Positions 25,512 to 39,559 of a stretch of DNA of 64,000 bases are shown in pieces. Source of the stretch: Octopus sinensis (taxonomy: Eukaryota); NCBI RefSeq assembly GCF_006345805.1, contig NC_043002.1:1488001-1552000 (forward strand), given 5' to 3'. Each line of letters opens with the position of its first letter. Positions within the stretch are counted from its first letter, which is position 1. A program made the translations under genes and the position numbers. Below the pieces are notes generated by a model. The model did not search any database, was not told the DNA's origin, and saw only the letters and a program-made list of their open reading frames with translations.

Positions 25512-26845
25512 ATCATCATCATCATCATTGTTCGACCATGGTCGAGACAATGGAATTTACCATGCTACGTCAGACTTCACGGTCCATCATGGAATTACGG
25601 AGGTCCTGTTGCTGGATGCCTGTATCCCTGGAGATTACATCAGTGTAGGAGAGTGTGCGCCCTCTGGTATTGCGAGTAGATGGCTTCCGGAGGAGAAGAG
25701 TAGAAATTACTTCTTTTTCAGCTCTACAACAATGTCCAGCAAACTGGACTCTCCTACCTTTCACAAGAGATGACACAGGTGGTAGTTTCCAATATATTTG
25801 CATTTTGGTTGGATGGCGCTTCCACGAGAGATTTTGAGCTCTCATAAGGAGGCGAGTGTAGGTTCCATCCAACCGCCTCTCAAGCTTCTTTGATAACGTC
25901 CAGGTTTCTGAGCCATATAGTAGAATTGGTTCGACTGTGGCTTTGAAGATTTCAAGTTTGAAGTCTCTACTTAGATTTGATGACCAGATCTTATGCATGT
26001 CATTACAAGCTGACCAGGCCATACCTTTTCTAGTTAGAAAGTCTTTTCCAGATGATGATATGTATGACCCAAGATATTTATAATCAGAAACCATATTTAA
26101 GGGCGCATTGTTGAGAGTATGGATGATGCAATCACTGTTAGACAGGCACTTGTTTATGTATTCAGTTTTGGCCTCATTGAGGTAAAGACCTACACAATTT
26201 GAAGCTTGTTCAAGAGATTATAAAAGAGACTGGGCATGGGAGAGAGAATCACTGATAAGAGCGATGTCGTCAGCAAAGTCAGTGTCTGTCAAGTACTCAG
26301 CTGGGTGTCTGGAACTTCTTCTTGGTTTTATTTCAAAGCCCTTGCCAGAGATGGTATCAACTGACATACGTAGCACATAATCAACAACAATGATGAAAAG
26401 AAATGGGGCGAGTGTGTCTCCCTGCAGTATTCCGGCTTTGATTGAGAAAGATGATGTTTCTCCGTCAGGGGTTAAGATGGTTGGAGACGTATCTGTGTAG
26501 AGGACCTTGATGACAGAAATTATTTTGTCTGGTATCCCATAGAGCTTAAGGATTTCAAACATCTTGTACCTATCTACAGAATCGAACGCTTTAGAAAAGT
26601 CTACAAATACCATTGCAAGGTCGCGATTAAATGCTTTTGATTATTCAATAAGTCTGCGTAGGCATAGTATCGATTCTGTAGATACGCCTATCGTACTGAC
26701 CATTACACCGCACACTAAATACCCGCCCACTTTCCTTCCTCTCTAGAATATTGGTTCTCAAGAAACCTCTAACACCAACTCTTTTTTCTGTAACTGCCAA
26801 GTGGAATATGTCCCGTGGAAATTCGGGCAACGTCGCCCTTGTGTC
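25512..26845 (-). mobile_element. RTE/RTE-X-like LINE, 5'-truncated, (TGA)n tail
   Basis: FVDFSKAFDSVDR, GILQGDTLAPFLF, DFADDIAL, YKYLGS, ILLYGSETW, FAGHC; (TGA)n tail at 25512-25528. Confidence 0.9.
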
Positions 26846-26929
26846 TATATAATAGTCACATACATACACATACACACACAGACACATACACACACACACA
26901 TGCACACACACACGCAAATATATATATAT

Positions 26930-26962
<33 letters not shown>

Positions 26963-26989
26963 GATAGATAGATAGATATACATACACAT

Positions 26990-27060
<71 letters not shown>

Positions 27061-27066
<6 letters not shown>

Positions 27067-27498
27067 GAAAATGGATAAAAACATAGTTTAACCAGCACAT
27101 CGATTGAACCACATTTAAAGCTTGTTTATTGATAAACAGCTGTATCTGATCAGATTGCCGGAATGCAGTCCATACATAAATGCGAGAATAAAACTCTTCA
27201 TCTTCATAGGGCATTCGAATTAAGGCAACCGATCTTCATCAGAGTAAAAACAAGAGCATGCAATATAGAGAAAAGGAAGGAGGAAAAAGAACGAACACAT
27301 GGTTTAGACAAATCGGTTGCCTTAATTCGAATGCCCTATGAAGATGAAGGATTTTATTCTTGCATTTATGTTTAAACTGCATTCTGGGAATCTGATCAGA
27401 AACAGCTGTTATGTCTTGCTTTGTATCAATAAACAAGTTTTAAAATGCTGTCCAATCGATTTACTGGTTAATCTATGTTTTTCTCCATTTTCTAATTA
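27061..27498. mobile_element. Fold-back MITE-like element (~175-bp imperfect arms)
   Basis: TAATTAGAAAATGGA...TCCATTTTCTAATTA; inner arm GGGCATTCGAATTAAGGCAACCGAT mirrored exactly. Confidence 0.75.
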
Positions 27499-27673
27499 TT
27501 TGCATTGAATCCTGATAAACTTTTGTTTATCCTGCTGTCACCTGCGCTCGACGTATATGGTGTCCCTGCACACCATTGCCCGGGGATAACACAGGTAACG
27601 GATACCGATAGTATATACGGATAATTTATCTCTTAGTCTGTTACTACAACCGTTAAATCTATCTACCTATTTG

Positions 27674-27754
<81 letters not shown>

Positions 27755-27785
27755 ATATGTATATATACATACATACATATATATA

Positions 27786-27868
<83 letters not shown>

Positions 27869-28169
27869 TTCAAATATTAAAAAAAAAGATGAAGACAGGT
27901 GTAGGAACAACGAGCAAGTGTATTAGTTTGACGGTCCGGAAAAACAGAAAAGTATTTTGCATTTCGAACCTACGCTCTTCAACAGAAAGGAAGAAGTGGA
28001 AATAAATACAGACAGAAGGGATAAAAACGTGTAGGTTCAGCGGTCCAACATGGCACACATACGCGCGCACATGGCACACGCGCACACATGGTACACATAA
28101 CTATCTATCCATTTATCAATCTATCTATCTATATACAGAGTTAGAGATAGAGACAGACACACAGACAGG

Positions 28170-28264
<95 letters not shown>

Positions 28265-28684
28265 GTCAATTTATGAATAACTAAACAGCAAGAATTGTTT
28301 AATCCTTTCCGTTAGTTTGCAACTGCTACGGTTTCTGCTAAAAGAATCTTGCACTCAGAGCTGAGTGCTTGTGTGCCATTTCATAGCCTCTTTAAATGAA
28401 GTGCTCAAGTGCAAGCTTCTTATAGCGAAACAGCTGCAAGTTTCAAAAAGTGATCCCTCCTGTCTCTTCCACATTCGTGAACTAATATTTTGCTCTATAC
28501 TCACAATATAATTTCTTCTGAGGCATCGGTATATTGAGTTTTAACCAATTAGTGGTACCCGCCTTAATGAATAAATTAGATTTAGAAACAGATAAGTAAG
28601 GAAGTGTAAAAGCTGCAATTAAATGGTGATTATGAACAGTGGTTTCAAATGCTGGATAGCAGTTTAGCAGTTTAGCAGATTACG

Positions 28685-29048
28685 TCAACCCCAGAAGGAA
28701 GAGTAAAGGTGACGTCGGCGAAATTTGAACTTAGAATGTGAAGACGAAGAAAAATGCTGCTAAGCATCTGGTCCGGCGCTTTAACTATTCTGCCAGGTTG
28801 CCGCCTTGTGTGATTAGGATTATTGGTATCAAATTTTGAAACAAAGCCAAGGGAGAGAGAAAGTCGATTATGTTGACCCCAGCGCTCAACTGGTATGTAT
28901 TTTATCGATCCCAAAAGGATTAAAGGCAAAATCGACTTTCGACGGAATCTGAACTCAGAACGTTAGCTCGATAAGCAAGATGGTGAGCAGCAAACAGATC
29001 GTTCACTCTTTTGTTCGGTGTCCTAAACGATTCTGCCAGCTGGCTGCC
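28685..29048 (-). mobile_element. Two adjacent SINE fragments of the 6765-6978 family
   Basis: Repeated head GGC(G/A)GC..GCTGGCAGAAT and TTC(TA/TG)AGTTCA motifs on the minus strand. Confidence 0.65.
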
Positions 29049-29799
29049 TTGTGTTACTAAAAGTTACCTTAAGAGTTCGATCTCGACAGCATCACTGCGC
29101 GCCGTCCACCTCACTGAAATGAGGCCCCGCTTGCTGGATCAATTGGTTATTAAGTATCACTGAACAGCCTTGTAGCCATTGCTCATCGTCTATTTTAAAC
29201 GAAATCCAGAGGTTCACCTTTTCCACTGTAGTCTGGCGGTCACTCATTGTGGCATTTGCTTTACGATGAGTGAGACCAAGCGCCACACACTGTGTCCAAC
29301 GAATGCTCTGTATCCGAATCCGACTGGAAAATGCTCTGCCTTCCAACCTTCGTCTTCCCATTCCTCGAATCAATCATAGTCGATTATACTAATCCATACG
29401 AAACTGATTGTATACAAGTGTCCAGTAAATAGAAAAACTACTCCATAGACTATCACGTATGAATGTTTGTGTGTTGACATATGCATGTGGGCACGAAATG
29501 TGAGTGTGTGTATATGTGTAGAGTGTATCTACTGCGTATGTGTGTATCTGGTGTGTGTTTGATTATATACGTGTGTTTCTGGTGTTTGCATGTATCCGTG
29601 TGTGCACACACGTCTGGTGTTTTGATCTGTTGTATTTGTTGCCATAAATTAGAGACAGCGATTTGGTGGAGGATCGATTAGACTAAGATTTGGTGGTACA
29701 AGGTAAAGAAGAAATAAAGCATGATGATCTGCATGGATAATGTAACACGAGAGCTTGGACGTTAAGGATTTCGTGCCTGTGTGCAGGGGAAGCAAGCCT

Positions 29800-30300
29800 C
29801 GGGTGTTATATTTAGATTACTGGCGGCCAATAGCTTGAATGCACAAGCAGGACGTTCTTCTGGCGCAAAAATAAGATGGTCCATTATTCGTATTGATGGA
29901 TACTGCAGGTCTTTCGTGGGGGACAGTTGGCAATTGTGAGCAATGGGTAAGCTGGAGCCCTGCCGATGCTAATCTATTCGATATCGGGGGAATTTTTCTA
30001 GTGGTCATCAAATCTCCAGATAGAGCGGGACAGAGAGGTCGAGTTTTTCCTATCTCATGGAGTACATATGCTGTGTATACCTTTCATTGAAGCTATTAGC
30101 AGTCATGCCTTGTAGTGTCTTGTTGTGTCATCGGATGGTGAAAGGGTGGCTTTCTATACCACAAACGTTGAGAGGCAGGATCCCGTTAGAGGGCAGCAGG
30201 TAAGATTTCGGGGATTACAGGTTGGGAAATGTAGGTGTGTACTTGCGTCTACTGTGGGGTACGATGTTGTCTAATCAGCGGTAATTAACTTTAACGTTGT
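29800..30300 (-). mobile_element. Penelope-like GIY-YIG fragment, highly decayed
   Basis: Minus-strand translation gives CLSTFVV*KATL, NSTSLSRSIW and GRAPAY pieces, same motif order as the 54883-55300 GIY-YIG. Confidence 0.5.
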
Positions 30301-31054
30301 ATGGGTTGAACGGTTTATATATTTATATGTTTATATATGTATATACATATGTATAGAAATGGGAAAGAATGGGGCAGAAGCATTGATATAGAAAAAGACA
30401 GATAAGTGTATGACTCAGATAAGAGTATGTGAGTAAGTTAACAATACTTTTGCTTGTGTCGCTATATGTACGAACGTATTCTTAACTACAATATTTTACA
30501 ACAAGCTAAATATTATATTATTTGAGTAATTCATTGATGTCATTGTCAACATGTGTATATATCAATGAAGAACAGTACCGGCAAAGCGTATTTGGTAATG
30601 TCATCATAACCAGGCTGTCACAAAGAATTTTAAATTACCCATGAAGGTTCATCCCTTGAGAGGTGTTAGAAAGATTGAAATATTTGGGCAGAACTCAGCT
30701 TAAAGCCGTTATGGCACTGTGTATGGAAATGTGTCTTAGATATAATTGCAATGCTCGTTGCCCACACGCAGACACACACGCGCGCGTGTGGTTACTACAA
30801 AGCTTCTTTGACGGACTCGACTAATAGATACTCGATTAATAGAGTAATCCAACAGGAGGAGTATAATGTAGAATGCCATGCAACTAAGTCCAGCAGGTAG
30901 GAGAGGTGAGTATATTTATTTAATTACTAGTCATGCTTAGGGTTACGGCTGTTTCGCTGCCAATATCACGAAATAATCCAAAAGATCGCAAGCGCTTAAC
31001 TAAATACTTCCACCTCTCTTACCTCCTATCTTTTTACCGTTTCTTCTGTATATA

Positions 31055-31211
31055 GGCGCAGGCGTAGCTAGGTGGTAAGAAGCTTGCTTCCCAACTATAT
31101 GCTTTCGGGTTCAGTCCCACTGCGTGCACCTTGGACAGGTGTCTTTTATAATAGCCTCTGGCCAACAAAATCCTTGTGAGTGGATTTAGTAGACGGAAAC
31201 TGAAAGACGCC

Positions 31212-31213
<2 letters not shown>
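31055..31213 (+). mobile_element. tRNA-derived SINE head/core
   Basis: Homologous to 10463-10627. Confidence 0.8.
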
Positions 31214-31288
<75 letters not shown>

Positions 31289-31298
31289 TATATATATA

Positions 31299-31624
31299 TC
31301 AGTTCTTTCCCCGTCTTTATATATTCTGTATTACACACCATTTCCTTTCAACAAGAACTGATATGATTACGTAGTTTAAGATACCATTATGGCGAAAAAC
31401 CAAGGACAGTTTTCAAATGCTCCCCCACCCTGTATATGACTTTGCGGCTATTTTAATGATTAAACAACGGCATACACAGATAGAATTTTAAAGTTAATTA
31501 GGGTTAGGAAATTCGAAATGATATCACGTGACAACTGAAACAGAAATAGAAATAAGATTCAAGTTCGAACTAAAATTTATTCTTGATTTGAATCTTTGTT
31601 CATACACACACACACACACAACAC

Positions 31625-31689
<65 letters not shown>

Positions 31690-31996
31690 CGAACAAAGAT
31701 TCAACTCATCAAGAACAAATTTTATTTGGGACTTGAATCTTATTTCCATTTCTGTTTCTGTTGTCACGTGATATATATATAATTTTCGAATTTCCTAACC
31801 CTAATTAACTTTAAAATTCTTTCTGAATATTTCCGTAGTTTAATCTGAAAATAGCCGTAAAGTCAAATATAGGATGAAAAGCATTTGAAAACTGTTCTTG
31901 ATTTCTCGCCATAATGATATCTTAAACATCAGTTCTTGTTTAAAGGAAATGGTGTGTAATACGGAATATGTAAAGAGGGGGGGGGGGGAGAACCGA
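31299..31996. mobile_element. Fold-back MITE-like element, ~300-bp arms around a (CA)n(TA)n spacer
   Basis: TC[A/G]GTTCT termini; CTTTAAAATTCT..AATTAGGGTTAGGAAATTCGAAA..ATCACGTGACAAC segment mirrored on both sides. Confidence 0.8.
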
Positions 31997-34900
31997 TGAG
32001 TCTCCAAAACGCCAAAAGAAACTGGACAGATGCTAAAGATGATATTATTTGGTAAATTTCGTGGAAAATAGAATCATGTGAGGATGGAGCTTGAATGGAA
32101 AGAGGACGACCGCGGTTAAGACGAATAGATAAACAAAGTAAAGGGGACGAGGGGGGGGGGTCGTTGAGGAAGCATCTTTAGGTTTATGAGAAGGACCGAC
32201 AGGACAAGAGAAGGAGTATCTATGAAACCCACGAGAGATTGAAACTGACTTGCGTACAGAGAAATTAAAAAGAGAGGAAAAGAAAGAAAGAGTGAGAGAG
32301 AGAGAGAGAGAGAGAAAATAAAGAAGGGACGAAAAGAGAGAATTTGGCGTTTCTATTTAGTGGAGCAAAAATGCAAAGTTCCCCTTCACACACACACACA
32401 CACACACATACACTCTCCCTTCTTTGAGTCGCAATATTTCTGTTATCTTTCTCATTGGCTACGTTTATCCAATAATAGGCGAAAGGGATAATTTGAAATA
32501 TGCGATGGACTATGAACATGCGACACCGAAGCAACTTTTAAGCAACACGCTAAAAACGTGCATCTGTGGTTGGCAATGACCACTGGCCTAAGCCATCGAC
32601 TCACATGTTAACCGATCGCCGATGCGGCTAGTTATAACTCACGATTCTCATTGCCAACAAATCCTAACTTTTTAAAGAGAGAAATTGTTTATTATACAAA
32701 GTATTTTAAAATTAAATATATTCTAAACGAAATACAAAGGTCAGGATTAAAAGCTTGTAATTATATAAAATAAATACCAATTACTAGCAGATAAGGCGTT
32801 AACAGTCTATTTTTAATATTAACACATCAGCATCTCCGATATGAATATCTCACATTTATAATTCTTCCAGCGAAACCACGTCGAGGCGATTAACGTCCGT
32901 CTGTTCGTCATCCATATTACTCCATGATTTCCTACTCTTTCTCAACTTGCTTGCATCGTTGGCTTTTCTTTCCGGGACACGAAACTATCATTAACTGTAT
33001 TGAACACCATTCCACAGTGTTTACAATTGCCAATTATACAGCAATGAATTGACTAAAACTCACAGCAGTTTCAAGTAAGAATTCTCAGCAGGTATATTGA
33101 TTCATTTCCATTAAAATTTAATAAATGCTTCCAGATAGCACCGGATATATTTTCGAGAAAGAGAGATTTTCGCTCAGGATTTCCGACCTCTCTCGCATAT
33201 AGCCTACAATGAAAAAATCCTGCACACACGTACCCCCCCCACCACCACACACACACACACAAATGCACAAGCACACATTCACACACAAGCACACACATAT
33301 ACACAAGGAGGGGGAAAGAGAGAGAGGAAGAGGACTACACTTAAATATGCATAAGTGCACTACGCTCTGCATGATAGAATTTGAAAATTAAAATTCAGGA
33401 AAAACTGCATCAGCTCATTAAATATTCTACATTAAATATGTCCACACATGAATACATGTGCTACTTTGGAAGTATAATCTTTCCTTTTGGATGACCTAAG
33501 ACCCCTACCAATTTACATATGAGAATATTTTAACCTACTGCACTGGAACATGGCGTAGTATCTGTTTCATACAGATTGCTGAGAGCTGCATAAATAAGCA
33601 TTTAAATCATGGTCCTGGCATGGATCATTGTCTAAGAGAGTGCAATCGATATTATCTCAGATCCTGGACTCCTTAGCGATGGGGCGTTCACTGTTCTGCA
33701 ATCTGCTAAATGTTATAAGCATTTCTGAATCCATACAACATATTCCAAGTTAATTTCCTCTTCCGTGCTAAAGCATACGTCCTAACAAATACGCGGGTGG
33801 GATTCAGTCAGGCCATGTTATATCATTTCGGTACTCTTCTAGCTTACACGCAGAGTTTGATCGTTTCACGTCTTGTTTATGCATCATTTCTATTCCAGGT
33901 CACCGTATTTATCACAAAACCAGTGAACCTGCATCTATAAAGTTCTTCTCCAATGCATATGTCTTGGAAACTTGTTTTTGTTTTCTATTATAGGAGACCA
34001 GCAGTTTCATTTATAAGGTTCTCTCCACGATGCTAAAACAAGTTCAAGAAAATGACAAACACTGTTGTGGTTTGATGCCAGTGTCATCGCAAAGTATGCT
34101 GTCAGGAAGCAAAATGACGGAACAGATATTGCAAGGCAACTAAACCGCCAACTCTTTGATATGCTACTTTATTTATCGACCCCGATTGACGAAGCACAAA
34201 GTGACGGTGTTTTCTTCATCCTGATCATTTTTATGTTATTTTTCTTTAAAATTTGCAGTTATAGCTTTAACAATATTGTACTTGAATCTATTCCATAACC
34301 TAGGCTACAATAATTATATATAAAATCATTCTACACATTTTCTACCATCCTTGTTATATCACAACTATTCTTACCGTATATCAAGAATTAAAATGAACAA
34401 AATCAATATTCATCACTATTATCTTATGGGTCAGTACACAATTGTACTTGTTTTTAATGAAGCTGTACCCACCATTTTAATTTAAGATGATTTTATTTAT
34501 TTCTACACTGACCTAATGTCAGGAATTTATGAAATAAATCAGAACTAAAATTATCATTATTTCCCAAGGGTCTTACCAACAAAAGAGAAGCAATTCTGGG
34601 AATAGGAATTAGGTTCAGTTCTTTGTTTCGAATAAATAACCACCAGATTAGTATGACAATGAATAACAAATGGCTTACGAAATTCAAAATACTGATTCTT
34701 ATAGAATAAAATATCTGCTAACTTTCAAGATAATTAGAGCATCTCTATAGATTTCGTACTTGAATAGCAGCATATTCTTTGTCTTTTCTGAGTATCCTTA
34801 GGGTTCACAGAATCTGAAACACGAATTTAATGTGTATAAAGTTTTAACCTAAAAGCAGATAACCGTAAATTTGATATATTTATGAGTCCTGCTACAGAAA

Positions 34901-36584
34901 TCATAACAAGAAACCATTTATAGCATTTGTTATTTCTATTGATTCTTGAAATTGAATGTATTCAAACTGCTTAATTATATTCAAGCAGAATTGTATTGAA
35001 ACGTTTTCAATAGTCATATAATCTAATACCTTTCCGGTATATACCAGCATTATGCATATATAGCCTTTATAACTTGTTTCTCTCTTTACTAGCATCACAG
35101 TATCAGAATATTCAATACACAATTGCTGTGGTGTATAGCCCGGTAGAATTCTCTGTTTGCGTAATTATAGACGGACAAAAACAGACAAATCACTCGAAGT
35201 ATAACGTTTAGGCAAATTCGTTTAGTTAAATTAGACCTTATCACAAAGATGTGGTCATGATAAATCCGGTTTAGTCTTCAGTTGGTCGATGACAAGAAAC
35301 CATTGAAAATGCATATCAGGATCAAATCTAAACTTAATATTTATTCCGATACTTAAAGAATTAATGCAGATAAAGATCTAAACTTGTTAGAAATCCAGAG
35401 TATTGGAGTAAAATTTAAAACACATTTGCAGTGATACAAACACACACAATACAAGCGTAAATATGGAGTTATGGGTCCACGTACCATGATACACAACAAC
35501 CTGGAAAATGTAGTTTTTACAGCCAAGAAAAGACCAGTTAATTCACTTTAAAAAATAGTCTGGAAAAGAAAAAAGAATGTGAGATTTGACTCGCATTTAT
35601 AACTAAGGAACATTTGTTTCTTAGTTATAAACTGCATTATTTCTTCTAAGAAAAATTCTAATAAATAGAAAAGTCATGCATACATATCTGTACAAAAAAA
35701 CCTACCAGTACATAGACGATGTGTTTGTGTGTCTATGTATGTAGGGGTCCTAAAGCACAATAAATAACCATACATATTAGACATCAATTTATCACATCAT
35801 ATTAAACTCCGAAAATTCACAAGTTAAATACATTTCCACAAACAGTGTGGCCTATAATGTGGAATAAGCGAACATGGATGAAAGAATCAAAACATGTTTG
35901 AAAGAATAAAGGAAAACAATTCTCACAGATGTTTCAATAATTCTTACGTAATATTTTAATAAAACCAACCATAGTTATATGATTACAGCACAATTATACA
36001 GAAACCACAGAATATATTATCAAAGAATTGTTTTTTTATGTACGACTTCTAAATAATAAAATGGTCCAAATATAGAGAAGAATATAAAAGGAAAAGAGAA
36101 GCAAGTTGGAGTTAAAGACAAAAGGAAAAGAAAGAAATAGTAAAAAAGCAAAAGATAAAAAATATATACTAATAGCAACAAAAACAGCAACAAAACATCA
36201 GAAATTGAGAAAGACGAATATTAAAGGTTCTGTCGATGTCCACCGGAAGAATACAGATTATAAATTATTAATATTGTGACTGCATGGATGTCATTAGGCA
36301 TCGCTGTCATATCTGTCAAAGCGTTTGTAGAGTGATATGGCTGTGTACAAGACTATAACAGCAATATACGGGACATAAAGCAATATAGGAGACTATAACA
36401 AATAACAATATTCGGAATAGGCGAACATTAAATTGCATTATTGAAAATCACACAAGTACAATGTAGACAACATTTTCATAGACAACTATACGAATCTATA
36501 TTAACACACACACACACGTGACAAAGAGGCATTATCATTCATGTTAACATATATGAGTTTGTGTCTATCTATCTATCTGTCTAA

Positions 36585-36684
<100 letters not shown>

Positions 36685-36813
36685 ATATATATATATATAT
36701 ATATATAGACCGGAGTAAACACATAAATGTGAAACAAGGTGGAAAAATGAGTACTCAAATACCAGTGGTAGAGTAATATGCTTTATTTTAAGCAGCAGAA
36801 AATTCAACAAAAT

Positions 36814-36851
36814 CTGTTACTCGGAGTTTCTCGTTGCCGTTCATCAGACAG
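36814..36851 (-). ncRNA. Minimal type I HHR
   Basis: CTGT-CTGATGA-A-CG-GCAA-CG-A-GAA-ACTC-C-GAGT-A-ACAG. Confidence 0.7.
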
Positions 36852-37838
36852 TTTTTGCTAGAATGGAACATATATATAAATTCAATCTATACTCTTACAA
36901 ACGCTACACCTTTAAAAAGAAATGGACTTGTTTGATTGGCCCTTTAGAAAAAACGGTCAATCTTCGAGCGATAAACAAAAAGGTCAAACATATATGTATA
37001 TATATATAAAAAAACTTATAAAAATTATAAAATCCGAGGAAAAAATCGAGGAAAAAACCTATTGCCGTTAATGAAGACAGTACAAATTAATGCATAGAAA
37101 TTAAACCTGTTATAAATACTGCAATACATATTTATATTAAAATCCACATATATATATCAACATACACAAAAGGATGCGCGTAAACGCCATACATACATAT
37201 ACAGACGTATGAATATGAATCTAAATTATACACATAAAAGCATGTGTACATATATTCACGCAAACCGTCTCGCACGCAAGCTAAAATTCATCTATGTAGC
37301 AATTCTCATATACTGAGCAAGGAAGGGGAGTTCCTTTTTCTCTCTTTCCCTTTCTTTCGTTTCCCCTCCTTGCTCAGTATATGAGAATTGCTACATAGAT
37401 GAATTTTAGCTTGCCTGCGAGACGGTTTGCGTGAATATATGTACACATGCTTTTATGTGTATAATTTAGATTCATATTCATACGTCTGTATATGTATGTA
37501 TGGCGTTTACGCGCATCCTTTTGTGTATGTTGATATATATATGTGGATTTTAATATAAATATGTATTGCAGTATTTATAACAGGTTTAATTTCTATTCAT
37601 TAATTTGTACTGTCTTCATTAACGGCAATAGGTTTTTTCCTCGGTTTTTTCCTCGGATTTTATAATTTTTATAAGTTTTTTTATATATATATACATATAT
37701 GTTTGACCTTTTTGTTTATCGCTCGAAGATTGACCGTTTTTTCTAAAGGGCCAATCAAACAAGTCCATTTCTTTTTAAAGGTGTAGCGTTTGTAAGAGTA
37801 TAGATTGAATTTATATATATGTTCCATTCTAGCAAAAA

Positions 37839-37876
37839 CTGTCTGATGAACGGCAACGAGAAACTCCGAGTAACAG
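37839..37876 (+). ncRNA. Minimal type I HHR (mirror copy)
   Basis: Identical to 36814-36851 on the opposite strand. Confidence 0.7.
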
Positions 37877-37909
37877 ATTTTGTTGAATTTTCTGCTGCTT
37901 AAAATAAAG

Positions 37910-37941
<32 letters not shown>

Positions 37942-37979
37942 ATATAGATATATATATATATTATATATATATATATATA

Positions 37980-39100
37980 TACTGACATCACAGAAGTAAA
38001 TAGACATGCCATAAAACATCGTTTTATGTTTATTCTAACTTGTAAGGTTTATATTTTTTATTAACATTTTTGTTTCAAGTTCTCTGTGACTGTTTAATCA
38101 TGACATGTACAAAAGAAGCCTTGAAACTGTTTGAATATCAAATACGCCGTTTTGTGGGTCATTCTGAATGTGGGCATAGTTTAAAATCACAGAAAACCTT
38201 GGGATCTTGCTTTCTACAGTTAATAAAGTGAGTGTGCAATTCACCAGAGTGGGGAAGAAGGCTACATCACCTTGCCCAGACCAACCAGGGCCCTCTGAAA
38301 GGACCCTTTGCTTTGTTAAAAGAAGTGTGGAGGATAATCCTCGCTGTAAGGCCTCTGACATAGCAGAAGAAGTTGGTGTCAGTCCGAGAACATCTATCAG
38401 GTATCTCCACAAGCTTGGTTATTATGGCAGAGCAGCAAGAAAGAAGACACCTCTTCGACCAGCCAACATCAAGCGGAGGAAAGATTGGGTCAGTGAGATG
38501 GTAGAAAGACCCAAACCATTTTGGGACACTGTCATATTCTCTGATGAGCCCAGATTTGCTGTATTTTCTGATAGTGGTCGAGTGTGGGTCTGAAGACTGT
38601 GATCAAGAATTTGAAGTGGAAAGATTGCAACCAGCAACGAAACATAGCAGCTATTCTGTGATGGTATGGGAAGCAATTTGGAGCAATGGTCAATTAGAAC
38701 TGGTGGAGTGTGAGGGGAAAACTAAACTCAGATAAATATGTGTCCATATTGCAGAAAAGACTCCTTCTAATCTTCTCACATGATGAAATGATTAAAAAAG
38801 ACACTTTATTTATGGAAGATGGGGCTCCTTGTCACACGGCTAAAATGTTGGATGAGAATGGCATTAAAAAGCTTCTATGGCCAAGCTAGGTATGAGCCCT
38901 ATTGAACACCTCTGGGGCATAATGGACAGGGCACTTCATAAAAAGAACAAGAAAGTATCTTGAAAGCCAGATCTTTCAAGATTATTGCATGGAACTTAGC
39001 AAGAAATTCTGCAAGAGAATATTCATTTGATCAATAACATGCATAAGAGGGTCCTTGTATTAAAAAATGCATAGGTTATGTCTACTAAATATTGAATATT
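37980..39100 (+). mobile_element. Tc1-like transposon, decayed
   Basis: YYGRAARKK, WDTVIFSDEPRF, MVWEAIW, FMEDGAPCHTAK, SPIEHLWG; left end TA-TACTGACATCACAG; right TIR not found. Confidence 0.85.
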
Positions 39101-39169
39101 CACATTATAACAATTAATAAATTATGTTCATATATTCGCCAGTATGTATGAATTGACATGTACCCCATC

Positions 39170-39500
39170 GGCTATCATTCATTTAGATACAGTGAAACAT
39201 TGATCTTTATTGCTAAGGTCAAACTTTGCATTTGTTGATAATTGTTTCGAGTTTTTAGGCTCTTTTACTAAGAACCACAAATCGATCCGGGATTATATGT
39301 TTTTAATTCATTACTTTGAGCACGGATTGGTAGGTTTGCTTTGGTAATGTTGAAGATATTCTGGTGACATGAGTTGGGTGTCACCATAATAAATGGCATG
39401 ACCTGTTCTTGTTTTTCTCTTCTTTGGGTTGTCCTAAGTTGTTGTATGGGTATTTTATATCCCGCTGTGTGCCATTGTCTATAAGTAGAAACACCATTTT
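39170..39500 (-). mobile_element. Penelope-like fragment homologous to 24350-24680
   Basis: Shared blocks TTTGCTTTGG[T/C]AATG and CCTAAGTT[G/T]TTGTATGGGTATTT. Confidence 0.65.
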
Positions 39501-39559
39501 TCCTTATATTATATTACTAGCTTAAAAGCCACCCTATGGAGCCGCTTTTCAGCTAGCTC

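Larger units (their letters stand above)
36717..37909. mobile_element. Near-perfect inverted duplication (~550-bp arms, ~30-bp spacer) of a Penelope-type terminal region
   Basis: Arms 36781-37329 and 37362-37909 differ by only a few bases; both outer ends run into (TA)n; HHR in each arm. Confidence 0.85.

Noticed and set aside
27200-27250. CTGATGA on the minus strand in the fold-back spacer
   Set aside because: Followed by GAAT rather than GAAA, with no stem I or III
29749-29800. Stem I (GCTTG/CAAGC), stem II, GAAA and GUC downstream of a GIY-YIG fragment
   Set aside because: Catalytic core reads CTTCC and stem III does not pair; suggestive relic only
31496-31510. Interstitial telomere (TTAGGGTTAGG)
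   Set aside because: Fewer than two full repeats and internal to a fold-back element
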